Positions 31,180-43,675 are shown, counted from the stretch's first letter. The stretch: 64,000 bases of DNA from an uncultured delta proteobacterium (GCA_963790475.1 CAWBOS010000010.1:1696001-1760000), one strand, 5' to 3'. The notes: generated by a model from the letters alone, not told the origin. Translations and numbers: made by a program.

Positions 31180-31668
31180 ATGTACTACATCGTTCGGGTC
31201 TTTAATAAGTTCGATCAGGTTCTGGCCAAAGCAGAAACGATGGCCTTGATCCTCATTGTTTCGGTCATGACCCTGGTGGTCTTCCTTCAAGTCGTTTTTC
31301 GTTATGCCCTTGGCCGTCCGCTGGTCTGGTCGGAAGAGATGGCCCGCTATCTTTTTGTTTGGCTGTCGATTCTGGGTGCCGCTCTGGGTGTTCAGAAAGG
31401 AGGGCATTTCGGTTTCGATTTTTTTCAGCGGATGATGCCCGAGCGAGGGAAACATTACCTCGGGATCCTGGTCCATTTTTTGATGGGGGCGGTAGTTCTG
31501 GTTATTCTTTTCCAGGGGATCACGCTGGTTCAAATGACCAGGCTGCAGGAGTCGCCGGCCATGTCCATCTCCATGGCCTGGGCCTACGCCTCTCTTCCGG
31601 TTGGTGCCGGGCTCATGACCGTTCACCTCCTGACCGCCTTATTGAAAGATTTAGTAAAGGATAAATAA
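31180..31668 (+). CDS. dctQ: TRAP small permease
   Basis: Four TM segments; QVVFRY, WSEEMARY. Confidence 0.92.
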   Translation: MYYIVRVFNKFDQVLAKAETMALILIVSVMTLVVFLQVVFRYALGRPLVWSEEMARYLFVWLSILGAALGVQKGGHFGFDFFQRMMPERGKHYLGILVHFLMGAVVLVILFQGITLVQMTRLQESPAMSISMAWAYASLPVGAGLMTVHLLTALLKDLVKDK

Positions 31669-31680
31669 GGATAAATAAGG

Positions 31681-32958
31681 ATGGGGCTTATTCTCAGTAT
31701 AGCCTTTATCATTTTTATCGCGATCAATGTCCCCATCGCCTTCAGCATGGGAATGGCCTCGATTCTCGGGCTCCTGGTCAAGGGAAGCATTCCCCTGATT
31801 ATCGTTCCCCAAAAAATATTCACCGGCAGCGATTCATTCCCCCTCCTGGCTGTTCCCTTTTTCATTCTGGCCGGAATGCTGATGGATACGGGCGGGATCT
31901 CTCTCCGTCTGGTGCGGCTGGCCCAAGCCCTGGTGGGACACTTTCGAAACGGTCTGGGGATGGTCTGTGTCGTTTCCGAAATTTTCTTCTCCGGGATTTC
32001 CGGTTCCACGGCCGCCGATACAGCGGCCGTGGGCTCGATTCTCATTCCGGCCATGAACCAGGCCGGCTACAGTCCTTCCCGGGCAACGGCCATCGTTTGT
32101 GCGGCCTGCGGCATGGGGATCCTGGTGCCACCCTGTATCGCTATGGTCGTTTATGGCGGCATTGCCAATACCTCCATCGGGGCGCTCTTTGCCGGCGGGT
32201 TTCTCCCGGCCTTGGTCATGGCCTCAGCCCTGATGTTTCAGCTCAACATTCAGGCGCGAAGCGTGGGCCTGGTGCCGTCACCCTGGCCGGGGATCAGACC
32301 CCTCGGCCGGGCATTTAGAGAAGCAATTCTGGCCCTCATTTTGCCCCTCATTGTCTTCGGGGGGATTTTAGGTGGAATCTGCACGCCCACTGAAGCCGCG
32401 GTTCTGGCCGTGGCCTACGGCCTGGTGATCAGCCTCTGGGTCTACCGGGAGATCGATTTAAAAAAGCTAAAAGAGGTCCTGGTTGAAACCGGCGTAGTCA
32501 CCGGCAAGGTCATGCTTATGGTCGGGATGGCTTCCGTTTTCGCCTGGATCCTGACCCGGGAGCAGGTACCCCAAACCCTGGCCCGCTTCATCCTCTCCCT
32601 GGGAGGGGGGAAGATCCTTTTTCTCTTAATTATCAATTTCTCCTTTCTCTTTTTAGGGGCGGTCCTGGAAGGTGTTCCGGCCCTGATCATGACCGTGCCC
32701 ATCCTCCTGCCCATCGCCGTCCAGTTCGGAATCGATCCCATCCATTTCGGAATTATTCTGATTGCCAACATGGGAATAGGCCTGTTTATCCCGCCGGTCG
32801 GACTCGGGGTCTTCATCGGCTGCAGCATCGGGAAAATTACAGTTTCGGAGGTCGTTCGGCCTTTACTCTCCTACCTGTCCGTAAACTTTGCCACCGTTCT
32901 ACTGATCACCTATTGGCCCTGGCTGACCATGGCCCTGCCGAATCTTCTGTTCAAGTAA
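31681..32958 (+). CDS. dctM: TRAP large permease
   Basis: LLAVPFF, SGSTAAD, TPTEAA, GIDPIHFG, PPVG. Confidence 0.95.
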   Translation: MGLILSIAFIIFIAINVPIAFSMGMASILGLLVKGSIPLIIVPQKIFTGSDSFPLLAVPFFILAGMLMDTGGISLRLVRLAQALVGHFRNGLGMVCVVSEIFFSGISGSTAADTAAVGSILIPAMNQAGYSPSRATAIVCAACGMGILVPPCIAMVVYGGIANTSIGALFAGGFLPALVMASALMFQLNIQARSVGLVPSPWPGIRPLGRAFREAILALILPLIVFGGILGGICTPTEAAVLAVAYGLVISLWVYREIDLKKLKEVLVETGVVTGKVMLMVGMASVFAWILTREQVPQTLARFILSLGGGKILFLLIINFSFLFLGAVLEGVPALIMTVPILLPIAVQFGIDPIHFGIILIANMGIGLFIPPVGLGVFIGCSIGKITVSEVVRPLLSYLSVNFATVLLITYWPWLTMALPNLLFK

Positions 32959-33123
32959 TATTTTAGTTTCAGAAAATAAGTTCTCGCTTTTTTTACCAAA
33001 AGACCCCCCCCCGGTCCCTGACAGCAAAATTTTGTGAAAACTGTTTTGAGACCCCTAATAACTTTTACTTTTTAACCTTTCTCTTGGGCCGTCGGTCAAA
33101 AGGAAAAAAGGGGGGCTCATAAA

Positions 33124-33612
33124 ATGAAAGATATGATTAAGATCCGAACAATAGCTTTGATTCCGGCCTTCTTGGCGATCATCTTGTTCTTGGTCCTATT
33201 GCCCGGTTCAGCTCATGCCTTTGGTTCAGGTTTCAGAGATCGTGGTGGTTTTAGCAGGGCGAGTAAATCGGTTGAGAACAAGTCATTAAATCTCTCCCCG
33301 GACCAGGAGATCCAGTTAAAAGGCTTAAGGAATAAATTCCTGGAGGAAACAGCCTATCTCCGAAGCGAGATTCCGATAAAGCTTGAGGAACTCAGGGTTC
33401 TTTGGACCGACCCTAAACCGGATAAGGACAGGATCAATGCCAAAAAAAAGGAAATTATGGAGTTATTCACCGAGCTGCAAATTAAGGTCACTGATAATAG
33501 GATAATAGCTCAGACTTTCTTAACCCCGGAACAGGCGGAAAAATTGCCTGTTTTCGGTCTTCGTTTGAATATAGAAACCAATTTTGGGCTTGCCCCGGAC
33601 CTCCGTCCTTGA
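33124..33612 (+). CDS. Spy/CpxP/ZraP-family periplasmic protein
   Basis: Signal peptide; LNLSPDQ and LTPEQ (LTxxQ) motifs. Confidence 0.8.
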   Translation: MKDMIKIRTIALIPAFLAIILFLVLLPGSAHAFGSGFRDRGGFSRASKSVENKSLNLSPDQEIQLKGLRNKFLEETAYLRSEIPIKLEELRVLWTDPKPDKDRINAKKKEIMELFTELQIKVTDNRIIAQTFLTPEQAEKLPVFGLRLNIETNFGLAPDLRP

Positions 33613-33686
33613 ATGGGCGCCCCCCGCGAACGGTCAGGGCCAGGCCGGTCTTTACCGCTACAGCTCTAATTAAAAAGGAATTAAAT

Positions 33687-33869
33687 ATGAAAGAGTCCAT
33701 CAAAATAATGCACATAGATGGCGATTACCGGGTTGTATATATTTCGATCAGGGAGGGGGCGCTTGTCGAATCACCCGTTGGTCTGGAAGACGCCATAACC
33801 TTGCTCAAAAATATTAAATTCGATCTGATTTTGTTTGAACCTCAACAGATGGCCATACTGACTCCATGA
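33687..33869 (+). CDS. 60-aa microprotein resembling the N-terminal half of a receiver domain
   Basis: AAGGA RBS; KIMHIDGD...LEDAITLLKNIKFDLILFEP; a paralog at 49313 shows synonymous substitutions. Confidence 0.6.
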   Translation: MKESIKIMHIDGDYRVVYISIREGALVESPVGLEDAITLLKNIKFDLILFEPQQMAILTP

Positions 33870-34225
33870 GCCCCCATCAGAAATATAATAAACCTGAGAT
33901 AGTTGCTTGAAAGAATATCAATCATCTTCTGAAATGCGAAGAGGTGATTTATGAACATTTTATTTTTTCATACGAAAAGGATGTGTTGGATTTGGGACTT
34001 TCTTATTTTAATGATCGAGTTAATAATTTCATGCTTCCCCAAAAGACTGAGACTCATTCTGGAACCGACCAACCAATCTTTTCCGATAAATCAAGAATAT
34101 CATATTGCAGAGAACCAATCGGCTGATTTGAATTAGGAAACTGACGATTCAGCTGTCTTTCGGCTTGGTGATTCGGGAGAGGCGGATCTATTTTGTCAGA
34201 TCCCTGGCTGATCTCCGGGGACCAC

Positions 34226-34680
34226 TCAAGTAGACTTGAGGTCATTTCTATTTGACGTTCTCCTCAACCCTTTCAACCGAAGACGGAGTCGGTCAAGAGA
34301 CAGGTACATGACCGGTGTGGTGGAGAGGGTAAGCATCCGACTGGTGACCAGTCCGCCGACGATAGCGATTACCCAGGGGACGGCGGATCTCTGAGCCCAC
34401 GCCTGTTCCCAGGCCAGGGGAAAGGCACCGGGCAGAGCCGCCATGGTGGTCATCATAATCGCTCTAAACCGCAACAGACAGGCCTGGTAGATGGCCTCCA
34501 CCGGGCTTACCCCACTCTTGGGTTCCGCTTCTACGGCGAAGTCCACCATCATGATCCCGTTTTTTTTGACGATCCCGATAAGCAGGATGGTCCCGATAAA
34601 GAAAATGGCGGTCAGTTCAGTACGGAAGATCAGGAGGGCCAGGACCGCCTCTTCACCGGCTGAAAGCAAGGTGGCACAGT
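34226..34680 (-). pseudogene. Degenerate C-terminal fragment of an MdtB/MdtC paralog
   Basis: [15 protein letters not shown]...[16 protein letters not shown]; frameshifted, no 5' part. Confidence 0.85.
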
Positions 34681-34770
34681 TTTTTTCAAATAGGGCACGA
34701 TGAATAAAAACTCCATTTCTCTCATGAGAAATGAGGTCTAATAATTTTTCAGTGGAATTCCTTGGTCCAA

Positions 34771-36204
34771 TTAAGGCCCGGACGATGCTGATGTCCACCC
34801 GCCGCCCAGAGCCTTGATAAGCAGTACCGTAGCCGTCATTCTTCGTCCGGCAATGTCCACTGCCGCCCTCTCACTCGTCAATGTTGCCGTCTGGGCCACA
34901 ATCACATTGAGATAACTGACCGTCCCCGCCTGGTACTGGTTCATGGTTACCGTCAGAAACTGCTGTGCCGCCTTCACTGCCGCATCCTGCACCCGCGCCT
35001 CCTCTTCAAGGATACGCAGGGCCGCAAGGTTATCCTCAACCTCCTGAAATCCCGTCAGCACGGTCTGGCGGTAAGTGGCCACCGTGCCATCGTAGGCCGC
35101 TCTGGCCTGATCCGTAAGGGCCTGTATCGAGCCGCCGGCAAAAAGCGGCTGAGCCAGGGCAGCCCCCAACGACCAGAAGTGGCTCGGCCAATTAAACCAT
35201 GTTGAGAAATCGCCGCTTTCGTAACCCCCCAATAAGCTCAGGGTGATCCTCGGAAAGAAGGCGGCTTTGGCGACACCTATCTGCGCATTTGCCGCCGCAA
35301 CACGCCGTTCCGCAGCGGCGACGTCGGGCCTTCGTTCGAGAAGCTCAGAAGGCAGGCCTATGGGTACAGCGGGCGGAACCGGTTTAAACGGGGCTGAAGC
35401 AAGGGTAAAAGCAGAGGCGGGCTTCCCGATGAGGAGCGCTATGGCGTGCTCCAACTGTGAGCGCTGCACGCCCAGATCGATCAATTGGGCCTTCGTGGAC
35501 TCCAGCTGAGTCTGCGCCTGGAGGACATCGGCTTTCCCCGCCACACCACCGCCATAGCGGTTCTGAGTCAGATCAAGCGCCTTTTGAAAAGACTTGACCG
35601 TCTCCTCGAAAAGCTGAATCTGGGTATCAACCGTTCGCAATTGAAAATAGGCCTGCGCCAGGCCACTCTGAGCGCTCAGGCGGGCGGATTCGAGGTCTGC
35701 CGCGCTGGCTTCTGCGCTGCCCCGACTGGCCTCGACCGTGCGGCGAATCCTTCCCCAGACGTCGGCCTCCCAGGACAGGTTGACCGGTAAGAGAAAATCC
35801 GAGGCGGGAACGCCACCGGCAGCCTGACTCTTCGCCAGTGTGGAGGAACTCTCAGCCCGGGTATAGGAAGGGTTGGTGGTGATGAAGGGGAAATAACTTG
35901 CTCTGGCAATCTGGACCAATGCCAGGGCCTGGCGGACCTGGGCCTCTGCCCCTATAACGGTCTGGTTCGAGAGGTTTATCTGTTCCTCAAGGTCGTTCAA
36001 CTGGGTGTCCTCGAAAACCTTCCACCAGGCCCCCCTGGCGATTTCATCGGCCGGCTGAGCTATTTTCCAGCCCGCGTTTTCTTTGTAGGCTTCCGGCACC
36101 GGCGCACTGGGCCGTTTATAGTCGGGCCCTAGAGCGCAGGCAGCCAACAACAGGAACAGCGCCATCCCACCCATCACTTTAATCATCCTGACCATGTTAT
36201 TCAC
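34771..36204 (-). CDS. RND efflux outer-membrane lipoprotein (NodT/OprM family)
   Basis: Lipobox LAAC-ALGPDY; WE.DVWGRIRR; RRPDV; KALGGGW. Confidence 0.93.
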   Translation of the reverse strand: MNNMVRMIKVMGGMALFLLLAACALGPDYKRPSAPVPEAYKENAGWKIAQPADEIARGAWWKVFEDTQLNDLEEQINLSNQTVIGAEAQVRQALALVQIARASYFPFITTNPSYTRAESSSTLAKSQAAGGVPASDFLLPVNLSWEADVWGRIRRTVEASRGSAEASAADLESARLSAQSGLAQAYFQLRTVDTQIQLFEETVKSFQKALDLTQNRYGGGVAGKADVLQAQTQLESTKAQLIDLGVQRSQLEHAIALLIGKPASAFTLASAPFKPVPPAVPIGLPSELLERRPDVAAAERRVAAANAQIGVAKAAFFPRITLSLLGGYESGDFSTWFNWPSHFWSLGAALAQPLFAGGSIQALTDQARAAYDGTVATYRQTVLTGFQEVEDNLAALRILEEEARVQDAAVKAAQQFLTVTMNQYQAGTVSYLNVIVAQTATLTSERAAVDIAGRRMTATVLLIKALGGGWTSASSGP

Positions 36205-36213
36205 CTCTTCACC

Positions 36214-39200
36214 TCACACATTCTCCGGGGTATTTCCCATCGCTCCCGGACGGCGATTTTCCCTCAACTTTTTCATGCGCAGCCTGAACCGGTCCAGATA
36301 GAGATACATCACGGGTGTCGTATAAAGGGTAAGCATCTGGCTGAATATGAGACCCCCCACAATGGCAATGCCCAGGGGACGCCTAAGCTCGGATCCGATG
36401 CCCCGGCCCAAGGCCAGAGGCAGCCCCCCCAACATCGCCGCCATCGTCGTCATCATGATCGGTCTAAAACGTAAAAGACAGGCCTGGAAAATGGCCTCCT
36501 CCGGGCCTTTCCCTTCTTTGCGCTCCGCTTCCAGGGCGAAATCGACCATCATGATACCGTTCTTCTTGACCAGACCGATGAGAAGGATGATGCCGATGAG
36601 GGCGATCATGCTGAAATCGATACGGAAGAGGAGGAGGGCCAGAAAGGCCCCCACACCTGCCGACGGCAGGGTCGAGAGAATGGTGATCGGATGCACGTAG
36701 CTTTCATAGAGCATCCCCAGCACGATGTAGACCGCAACCAGGGCGGCCAATATAAGCCAGGGCATGTTGGCCAGAGCGGACTGGAAGGCCTGGGCCGTTC
36801 CCTGAAAGCTGCCCCGGATGCTCCCCGGAAGTCCCATCTTCCGGGCGGCCTCCTCCATCTCCTTTACCGCCTCCCCCAGCGCCTTACCCGGCAGGAGATT
36901 GAAGGAGATGGTAACGGCGGGAAACTGACTCTGATGGTTGACCGCCAGAGAAGTCGCCTTGCGCTCGAACCGGGTAAAGGCGGAGAGCGGCACCATGTCC
37001 CTTGTCGCCGAACGCACATAAATGTCCCGAAGTGTGTCCGGTCTCTGCCAGAAAGCCGGTTGAACCTCCATCACCGTATGGTACTGATTGAGATAGGTGT
37101 AGGTGATCGAGACCTGCCTTTGACCGAAGGCGTCGTAAAGCGCATCGTCAATGGCCTGCGGCGTGATGTTGAAACGGGAGGCCGTGTCCCGGTCGATGAC
37201 CAGATTGGCCTCTAGACCCTTATCCTGCTGGTCGCTGTTCACATCCGCGAGTGCGGGGAGACGGCGCATTTGCTGCAGGACTCGCGGCGACCAGCGGTTG
37301 AGGTCGTCCAGGTTCTCTCCCTTGAGCGTATATTGGTACATGGCTCCGCTCAGCCTGCCTCCTATCCGCAGTTCCTGCACCACCTGAAGGTAGGTGGGAG
37401 CCCCGGGCACCTGACCTAATTTCCCCCGCAGTCGGCCGATGACCTCATTGGCCGTACTTTTGCGCTTCTCATTGGGTTTCAGAGCGATAAAGAGGCGGGC
37501 GGTGTTGGTGGTGGCGCCGCCCCCCCCCGAACTCCCTGTAAATCCGGCGACGTTCTCGACGTCCCGATCCGCCTTGATAATGTCCACCACCTGTTTGAGC
37601 TTCGCCCGCATGGCCTGGAACGAGATGTGCTGCTCGGCAATGATGGAACCGGTAATACGCCCGGTGTCCTGTTCAGGGAAAAACCCTTTGGGACTGATGA
37701 TGAAGAGGCCGATGGTGACCACCACACAGGAAACGACCAGACTCAGCATGAACCGGGGATGACCCAGGGCCCAGTGCAGCGTCTGTTCGTATCGAGCGCG
37801 CATCCCGTTGAACAGGCGTTCGCTCATCTTATAAACCCGGCCATGCGCGCCGGTCTTTCCCTGTTTAAGGAGCTTGGCGCACATCATGGGGGTCACCGTC
37901 AGAGAGGCCGCCAGTGAAACAAGCACGGCCACACTCAGCGTCACGGCAAATTCGCGCAGCAGGCGGCCGGGAATGTCCCCCATCAGAAGAAGAGGGATAA
38001 AGACGGCCACCAGAGAAACACTCATGGACAATACCGTAAAAGTGATCTCCCGCGAACCGATGATGGCCGCTTCCATAGCGGATTTGCCCATTTCCATATG
38101 CCGCGTCGAATTTTCAAGGACCACGATGGCGTCGTCGACGACAAAGCCGGTGGCAATGGTGAGGGCCATGAGGGAGAGGTTGTCCAGGTTATAACCGAGC
38201 ATATACATAACGGCAAAAGTGCCGATGAGGGAAAGGACCACGGCTACGGCCGGTATAATGGTGGAGCGGATATTCCGGAGAAAGCCGAAGACGACCAGGA
38301 TAACCAGAAAGAACGAAATCATGAGGGTGATCCCTACATCCCTCAGGGATCCCCGGATAGGCGGGGTGCGGTCCTGCACAACGGTTGCCTTGACTGCGCC
38401 GGGCATGGCCGCCTCCAGTTGAGGGATGAGAGCACGGACCCGGTCCACGGTTTCGATGATGTTGGCCCCGGGCTGGCGGAAGATGATCACCATGATGGCT
38501 GGCTTCCCGTTTACCAGGCCGGTGGCCCTGACGTCTTCCACAGAATCGGTCACCTCGGCCACGTCGAGGAGACGTACGGCCGCCCCCGACCGATAGGAGA
38601 TGATTACCGGCTCGTATTGACTGGCTGTGCGTAACTGGTCGTTGGTCTGTATTTCCCAGGCACGCTCCTTGTCCCACAATTGTCCCTTGGGCCGGTTTAC
38701 ATTGGTGCTGCCCAGCACGCCCCGGATGTCCTCCAGACTGATGCCATATTTGTTCAAGGCCGTGGGGTTGACGTCCACACGAACGGCAGGCAGCGAGCTT
38801 CCCCCGACGATGACCTGGCCCACGCCTTCGACCTGAGACAATTTCTGCTGCATGATGCTCGAGGCGGCATCAAACATCTGCGCCGTGGTGACCACATCAG
38901 AGGTTAGGGCAATCAACAGGATCGGAGCATCGGCCGGGTTGATCTTCCGATAAAAAGGGTTACTCGGCAGATTGGCCGGAAGGTATCCTCGCGCCGCGTT
39001 GATCGCGCCTTGTACGTCACGGGCCGCTCCATTGATGTTACGGCTCAGATCAAACTGCAGCACAATGGAAGTGGAGCCACGGTAACTGGTGGAGGTCATC
39101 TCATTGACGCCCGCTATCCGTCCGAACTGACGCTCAAGGGGCGCGGCCACCGAGGTAGCCATGGTCTCCGGGTCCGCTCCGGGCAGGGCTGAGAATACGG

Positions 39201-39336
39201 CGATGGTGGGAAACTCGACCGGCGGCAATGGAGACACGGGCAGCAGACGAAGGGCCGTCAGCCCTGCCAGGGCGAGGGCGATAGCGAGCAGCGTCGTGGC
39301 CACAGGCCTGTGAATGAAGGTCTCTGAAATATTCAT
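36214..39336 (-). CDS. mdtC: RND permease MdtC
   Basis: [25 protein letters not shown]; second permease of a tandem pair. Confidence 0.88.
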   Translation of the reverse strand: MNISETFIHRPVATTLLAIALALAGLTALRLLPVSPLPPVEFPTIAVFSALPGADPETMATSVAAPLERQFGRIAGVNEMTSTSYRGSTSIVLQFDLSRNINGAARDVQGAINAARGYLPANLPSNPFYRKINPADAPILLIALTSDVVTTAQMFDAASSIMQQKLSQVEGVGQVIVGGSSLPAVRVDVNPTALNKYGISLEDIRGVLGSTNVNRPKGQLWDKERAWEIQTNDQLRTASQYEPVIISYRSGAAVRLLDVAEVTDSVEDVRATGLVNGKPAIMVIIFRQPGANIIETVDRVRALIPQLEAAMPGAVKATVVQDRTPPIRGSLRDVGITLMISFFLVILVVFGFLRNIRSTIIPAVAVVLSLIGTFAVMYMLGYNLDNLSLMALTIATGFVVDDAIVVLENSTRHMEMGKSAMEAAIIGSREITFTVLSMSVSLVAVFIPLLLMGDIPGRLLREFAVTLSVAVLVSLAASLTVTPMMCAKLLKQGKTGAHGRVYKMSERLFNGMRARYEQTLHWALGHPRFMLSLVVSCVVVTIGLFIISPKGFFPEQDTGRITGSIIAEQHISFQAMRAKLKQVVDIIKADRDVENVAGFTGSSGGGGATTNTARLFIALKPNEKRKSTANEVIGRLRGKLGQVPGAPTYLQVVQELRIGGRLSGAMYQYTLKGENLDDLNRWSPRVLQQMRRLPALADVNSDQQDKGLEANLVIDRDTASRFNITPQAIDDALYDAFGQRQVSITYTYLNQYHTVMEVQPAFWQRPDTLRDIYVRSATRDMVPLSAFTRFERKATSLAVNHQSQFPAVTISFNLLPGKALGEAVKEMEEAARKMGLPGSIRGSFQGTAQAFQSALANMPWLILAALVAVYIVLGMLYESYVHPITILSTLPSAGVGAFLALLLFRIDFSMIALIGIILLIGLVKKNGIMMVDFALEAERKEGKGPEEAIFQACLLRFRPIMMTTMAAMLGGLPLALGRGIGSELRRPLGIAIVGGLIFSQMLTLYTTPVMYLYLDRFRLRMKKLRENRRPGAMGNTPENV

Positions 39337-42300
39337 GGCCGGTCAGTGGAAACAGTCTCTCCGTCCGGAGCGCCGGAGGTACGGTGCCTGAACCGGCGCG
39401 CCAACCGGTCAAACCAAAGATAGATAACGGGCGTGGTATAGAGGGTGAGCATCTGACTGATGATCATGCCTCCTACGATAGCGATGCCCAGAGGACGGCG
39501 AAGTTCGGATCCTACGCCTCCGCCCAGGGCCAAAGGAAGCGCGCTGAGCAGGGCGGCCATGGTGGTCATCATGATCGGCCTGAAACGCAGCAAGGATGCC
39601 TGGTAAATCGCCTCTTCCGGATTTCTTCCCTCCTTGCGCTCGGCCTCAAGGGCGAAATCAACGATCATAATGCCGTTTTTCTTGACGATGCCGATAAGGA
39701 GGATGATGCCGATGAGGGCGATCACACTGAAATCATTGCGCAGAGCGATCAGCGCCAGGAGGGCGCCTACACCGGCCGACGGTAAAGTCGAAAGGATAGT
39801 GATGGGATGAATGTAACTCTCATAAAGGACGCCGAGAACGATATAAACGGTGATAAGGGCGGCCAGGATCAGAATCGGCTCATTGGCCAGGGAATTCTTG
39901 AAGGCCTGCGCCGTACCCTGGAAGCTCCCCAGGATGCTCCCCGGAAGATTGAGGTCGTGCTCAGCCGCTTCCACCGCTCCCACGGCCTGGCCCAGCGAGG
40001 CCCCCTGGGCCAGATTGAAGGAGACGGTCACGGACGGGAACTGCCCCTGCCGGTTGACCAATAAAGGCCCGGTCGTTTCGCTCACTCGGGTGATGGCGCT
40101 CAAGGGCACTTGTCCGCCGGTGGCGCTACGGAGGTAAATGTTGCTCAACTGGGCCGGGTTTTGCAAAAAATCGGGCTTCACCGCAAGAATGACGCGGTAC
40201 TGGTTGAGCTGCGTAAATATGGTGGAGACAATACGCTGGCCAAAGGCATCATAGAGCGTATCGTCCACATTCTGCGGAGAAATGCCGAAACGTGACGCGG
40301 TTCTGCGGTCGATGTCGAGGGCCAAACGAAGCCCTTGGTCCTGCTGATCACTGCTCACATCGAGAAGCTCCGAGCGTTTCTTCAGGGCCTCGACCAGCCT
40401 GGGGGCCCAATGGTACAGCTCATTGGCATCGGGGTCCTCCATCGTGTACTGGAACTGGGTGCGGCTGACCCGCGCATCCACGGAGAGGTCCTGGACCGGC
40501 TGCATGAAAAGCTGTATTCCGGTAACCTTCGCCAGCTCGGGTTGCAGGCGTCTGATCACCTCGGAGGCATTCACCCCCCGCTCGCTGTGGGGTTTCAGGT
40601 TGATGAGGATCCGTCCGCTGTTTAGGGTGGCATTGGTGCCGTCGACGCCGATAAAGGAAGAGAGGCTTTCTACGGCCGGGTCCTTGAGGATCATCCGGGC
40701 CACAGCCTGTTGTTTTTCAGCCATAGCCGTAAAGGAGGCCACTTGGGAGGCCTCGGATATACCCTGAATAGCCCCGGTATCCTGTACCGGGAAAAATCCC
40801 TTCGGTATTATAATATAAAGGACCACCGTGAGTATCAGGGTGCCGGCGGCCGTCAGGAGCGTGGCTCCCTGCCGTCCGAGCACCCATTTCAGAGAGGTTC
40901 CGTAGGCCCCGATGATGCGGTCAAAGGCCCGCTGAGAGGCCCGGAAGATACGCCCCTGCTGCTCCTCGCGGGTATGTTTGAGCAGACGTGCGCACATCAT
41001 AGGGGTGAGGGTAAGGGACACCACCGCCGAGAGGAGGATGGTGATGCCCAGGGTGACAGCGAACTCACGAAAGAGTCGTCCCACCACATCCCCCATAAAC
41101 AAAAGGGGGATGAGCACAGCGATGAGCGAGATGGTCAGGGACAGAATCGTAAAGCCTATCTGCTTCGATCCTTTGAGCGCGGCTTCGAGGGGTGTGTCGC
41201 CATCTTCAATGAAGCGGGTGATATTCTCAATCATAACGATGGCATCATCGACGACAAAACCGGTGGAGATGGTGAGGGCCATGAGAGAGAGGTTGTTGAG
41301 ACTGAACCCGAGAAGATACATGGCGCCGAAGGTGCCCACCAGGGAAACGGGTACGGCGATGCTGGGGATGACTGTTGCCGAAAGGTTGCGTAAGAAAAGG
41401 AAGATAACCAGCACTACGAGGACCACGGCCAGCATCAGCTCGAACTGCACATCATGCACCGAGGCCCGGATCGTTGTGGTCCGGTCGGTGAGGATCGAAA
41501 CCTCCACCGCGGGGGGCAGGGAGCTCCTGAGCTGCGGCAATAGGGTCTTGACGCGGTTGACAACCTCGATGACATTGGCCCCGGGCTGGCGCTGAATATT
41601 AAGGATGACGGCCGGCGTCGTATCCCTCCAGGCGGCCTGTTGAACGTTCTCGGCGTCGTCTACGGCCTCGGCAACATCGGATAACCTGACCGGGGCCCCG
41701 TTCCTGTAGGCGACGATAAGGGACTGGTACTCAACGCTGGAAAAGATCTGGTCATTGGCCCCGATGATGTAGGACTGCCTGGGGCCATCAAAGCTTCCCT
41801 TGGCCTGGTTGACATTCGCCGTGGTCAGGGCCGAGCGTATGTCCTCCAGGGTGAGGTTGTAGGCGGCCAGGGCCGCCGGATTGGTATGGATCCTCACCGC
41901 CGGTCTTTGTCCCCCGCTGATACTCACCAGGCCCACGCCGGGTAGCTGGGATATCTTTTGCGCGAATCGGGTGTCGGCCAGGTCTTCGACCTTGGGCAAA
42001 GGCAGCGTCTTCGAGGTGAGGGCCAGGGTGAGAATCGGGGCATCGGCCGGGTTTACTTTACTATATACCGGCGGACTGGGAAGATCTCTAGGGAGAAAGG
42101 TAAAGGCCGCATTGATGGAGGCCTGGACCTGCTGCTCGGCCACGTCGAGGGACAGGTCGAGGTTGAACTGCAGTGTGATAACGGAACTTCCGCCGGAGCT
42201 GGTCGAAGTCATCTGGGCCAGTCCGGGCATGAGGCCGAACTGGCGCTCCAATGGAGCCGTGACCGAAGAGGCCATGACGTCAGGGCTTGCCCCCGGGTAG

Positions 42301-42449
42301 AAGGTACGCACCTGGATCGTCGGGTAATCGACCTGCGGCAGTGCAGAGACCGGCAAATAACGATAGGCGACGGCCCCGGCCAGAAGAATCGCAACCATCA
42401 GCAGCGTGGTGGCGACCGGCCGCAGGATGAAAGGGCGGGAAAGGTTCAT
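39333..42449 (-). CDS. mdtB: RND permease MdtB
   Basis: [34 protein letters not shown]. Confidence 0.9.
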   Translation of the reverse strand: MNLSRPFILRPVATTLLMVAILLAGAVAYRYLPVSALPQVDYPTIQVRTFYPGASPDVMASSVTAPLERQFGLMPGLAQMTSTSSGGSSVITLQFNLDLSLDVAEQQVQASINAAFTFLPRDLPSPPVYSKVNPADAPILTLALTSKTLPLPKVEDLADTRFAQKISQLPGVGLVSISGGQRPAVRIHTNPAALAAYNLTLEDIRSALTTANVNQAKGSFDGPRQSYIIGANDQIFSSVEYQSLIVAYRNGAPVRLSDVAEAVDDAENVQQAAWRDTTPAVILNIQRQPGANVIEVVNRVKTLLPQLRSSLPPAVEVSILTDRTTTIRASVHDVQFELMLAVVLVVLVIFLFLRNLSATVIPSIAVPVSLVGTFGAMYLLGFSLNNLSLMALTISTGFVVDDAIVMIENITRFIEDGDTPLEAALKGSKQIGFTILSLTISLIAVLIPLLFMGDVVGRLFREFAVTLGITILLSAVVSLTLTPMMCARLLKHTREEQQGRIFRASQRAFDRIIGAYGTSLKWVLGRQGATLLTAAGTLILTVVLYIIIPKGFFPVQDTGAIQGISEASQVASFTAMAEKQQAVARMILKDPAVESLSSFIGVDGTNATLNSGRILINLKPHSERGVNASEVIRRLQPELAKVTGIQLFMQPVQDLSVDARVSRTQFQYTMEDPDANELYHWAPRLVEALKKRSELLDVSSDQQDQGLRLALDIDRRTASRFGISPQNVDDTLYDAFGQRIVSTIFTQLNQYRVILAVKPDFLQNPAQLSNIYLRSATGGQVPLSAITRVSETTGPLLVNRQGQFPSVTVSFNLAQGASLGQAVGAVEAAEHDLNLPGSILGSFQGTAQAFKNSLANEPILILAALITVYIVLGVLYESYIHPITILSTLPSAGVGALLALIALRNDFSVIALIGIILLIGIVKKNGIMIVDFALEAERKEGRNPEEAIYQASLLRFRPIMMTTMAALLSALPLALGGGVGSELRRPLGIAIVGGMIISQMLTLYTTPVIYLWFDRLARRFRHRTSGAPDGETVSTDRP

Positions 42450-43675
42450 CAGCGAGCCTTTCGAGGCGTTTTGTCGCCGGTTTCGTCGCCCTTTAAATCC
42501 ACTTTTGCCCCGTCCCGCAGTCTCTCTGCTCCATCCGTTACCACGAGCTCGCCTTCTGAGAGACCGGACTTGATCGAGACATTACCGGTCTGGATTTCAC
42601 CCAACTCAACAGGGCGGACGACGGCGGTACGATCAGCCTTCACCACGTAGACGAACGGGCCCTGCGGACCTCGCTGAATGGCAGCCGAAGGGACGATGAC
42701 GACACCCCGCCTTACGTCAATGAGAAGTTTTGCATTGACAAACTGGTTCGGAAACAACTCATGGCCGGTGTTTGGGAACGAGGCCTTGAATTTCACGGTG
42801 CCGGTGTTGGGATCGACCTGGTTGTCGATGGTCAGAAGAGACCCGGCGGCGAGTTGCGTTTTCTGTTCCCGGTCATAGGCCTCAACCGGCATCCGCTCTC
42901 CTTTCTTCAGCCTTTTCAACACCGGCTGGAGATTATCCTCGGGGATAGGGAAGATAACGGTAATGGGCTGAAGCTGGGTGATGACGATTAGACCATTGGC
43001 ATCGGCCGCATGGACAATGTTGCCCGGGTCAACGAGACGCAAGCCGATGCGCCCGCTCACCGGCGCCGTGATCCGGCAATAGGTAAGTTGCAATTTGGCG
43101 CTATCGATCTGGCCTTGGTCGGCCTTTACAATACCCTCATACTGCCGCACGAGGGCCTCCTGAGTGTCGAGCTGTTGTTTGGGGATGGAGTCCTGCTGCC
43201 AAAGACCCCGGTACCGCTCAAGGTCGAGGACCGCGTTCTTCAGAAGGGCCTGGTCGCGGGCCATCTGGCCCTCGGCCTGGGCGAGCTGCACCTCGAAGGG
43301 TCTCGGGTCGATGACGGCCAATACCTCTCCTTTCTCCACGGTCTGGCCTTCCTTGTAGCGAATCTCCATCAATTGCCCGTCCACGCGCGTCTTGACGGTG
43401 ACCGTATTGAGCGGTGTGACCGTACCGAGCCCGGCAAGATACACCGCCAGGTCCCCCTTTTTGGCCTGTTCCGCGGCTACGGACACACTTCGCGTCTGAT
43501 TGGCCGACCTTTGCTTGTCGACCTTCGATTTCATCGCCGGCCTTACAATGAAGAAATATACGCCGACCGCCACGATGCCAACCGCGAGAAGTATCTTCCA
43601 CCAGCGCTTAGGTTTCCTGCCGGCATCTGTAGAATTCGGCAGGTCAGGTTTCTCGGACTCTATCGCAAATGTCAT
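42449..43675 (-). CDS. mdtA: RND membrane-fusion protein MdtA
   Basis: [32 protein letters not shown]. Confidence 0.9.
   Translation of the reverse strand: MTFAIESEKPDLPNSTDAGRKPKRWWKILLAVGIVAVGVYFFIVRPAMKSKVDKQRSANQTRSVSVAAEQAKKGDLAVYLAGLGTVTPLNTVTVKTRVDGQLMEIRYKEGQTVEKGEVLAVIDPRPFEVQLAQAEGQMARDQALLKNAVLDLERYRGLWQQDSIPKQQLDTQEALVRQYEGIVKADQGQIDSAKLQLTYCRITAPVSGRIGLRLVDPGNIVHAADANGLIVITQLQPITVIFPIPEDNLQPVLKRLKKGERMPVEAYDREQKTQLAAGSLLTIDNQVDPNTGTVKFKASFPNTGHELFPNQFVNAKLLIDVRRGVVIVPSAAIQRGPQGPFVYVVKADRTAVVRPVELGEIQTGNVSIKSGLSEGELVVTDGAERLRDGAKVDLKGDETGDKTPRKAR

Noticed and set aside
33610-33650. Selenocysteine readthrough at the Spy-like TGA (followed by a small GC hairpin) or at TGA 49328
   Set aside because: No Cys-aligned or redox-motif context; the 49328 TGA aligns with a Lys codon in a copy that is also frameshifted
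33944-34136. Two overlapping ~60-aa ORFs after the microprotein
   Set aside because: No recognisable similarity; probably decayed sequence despite an RBS before 33951
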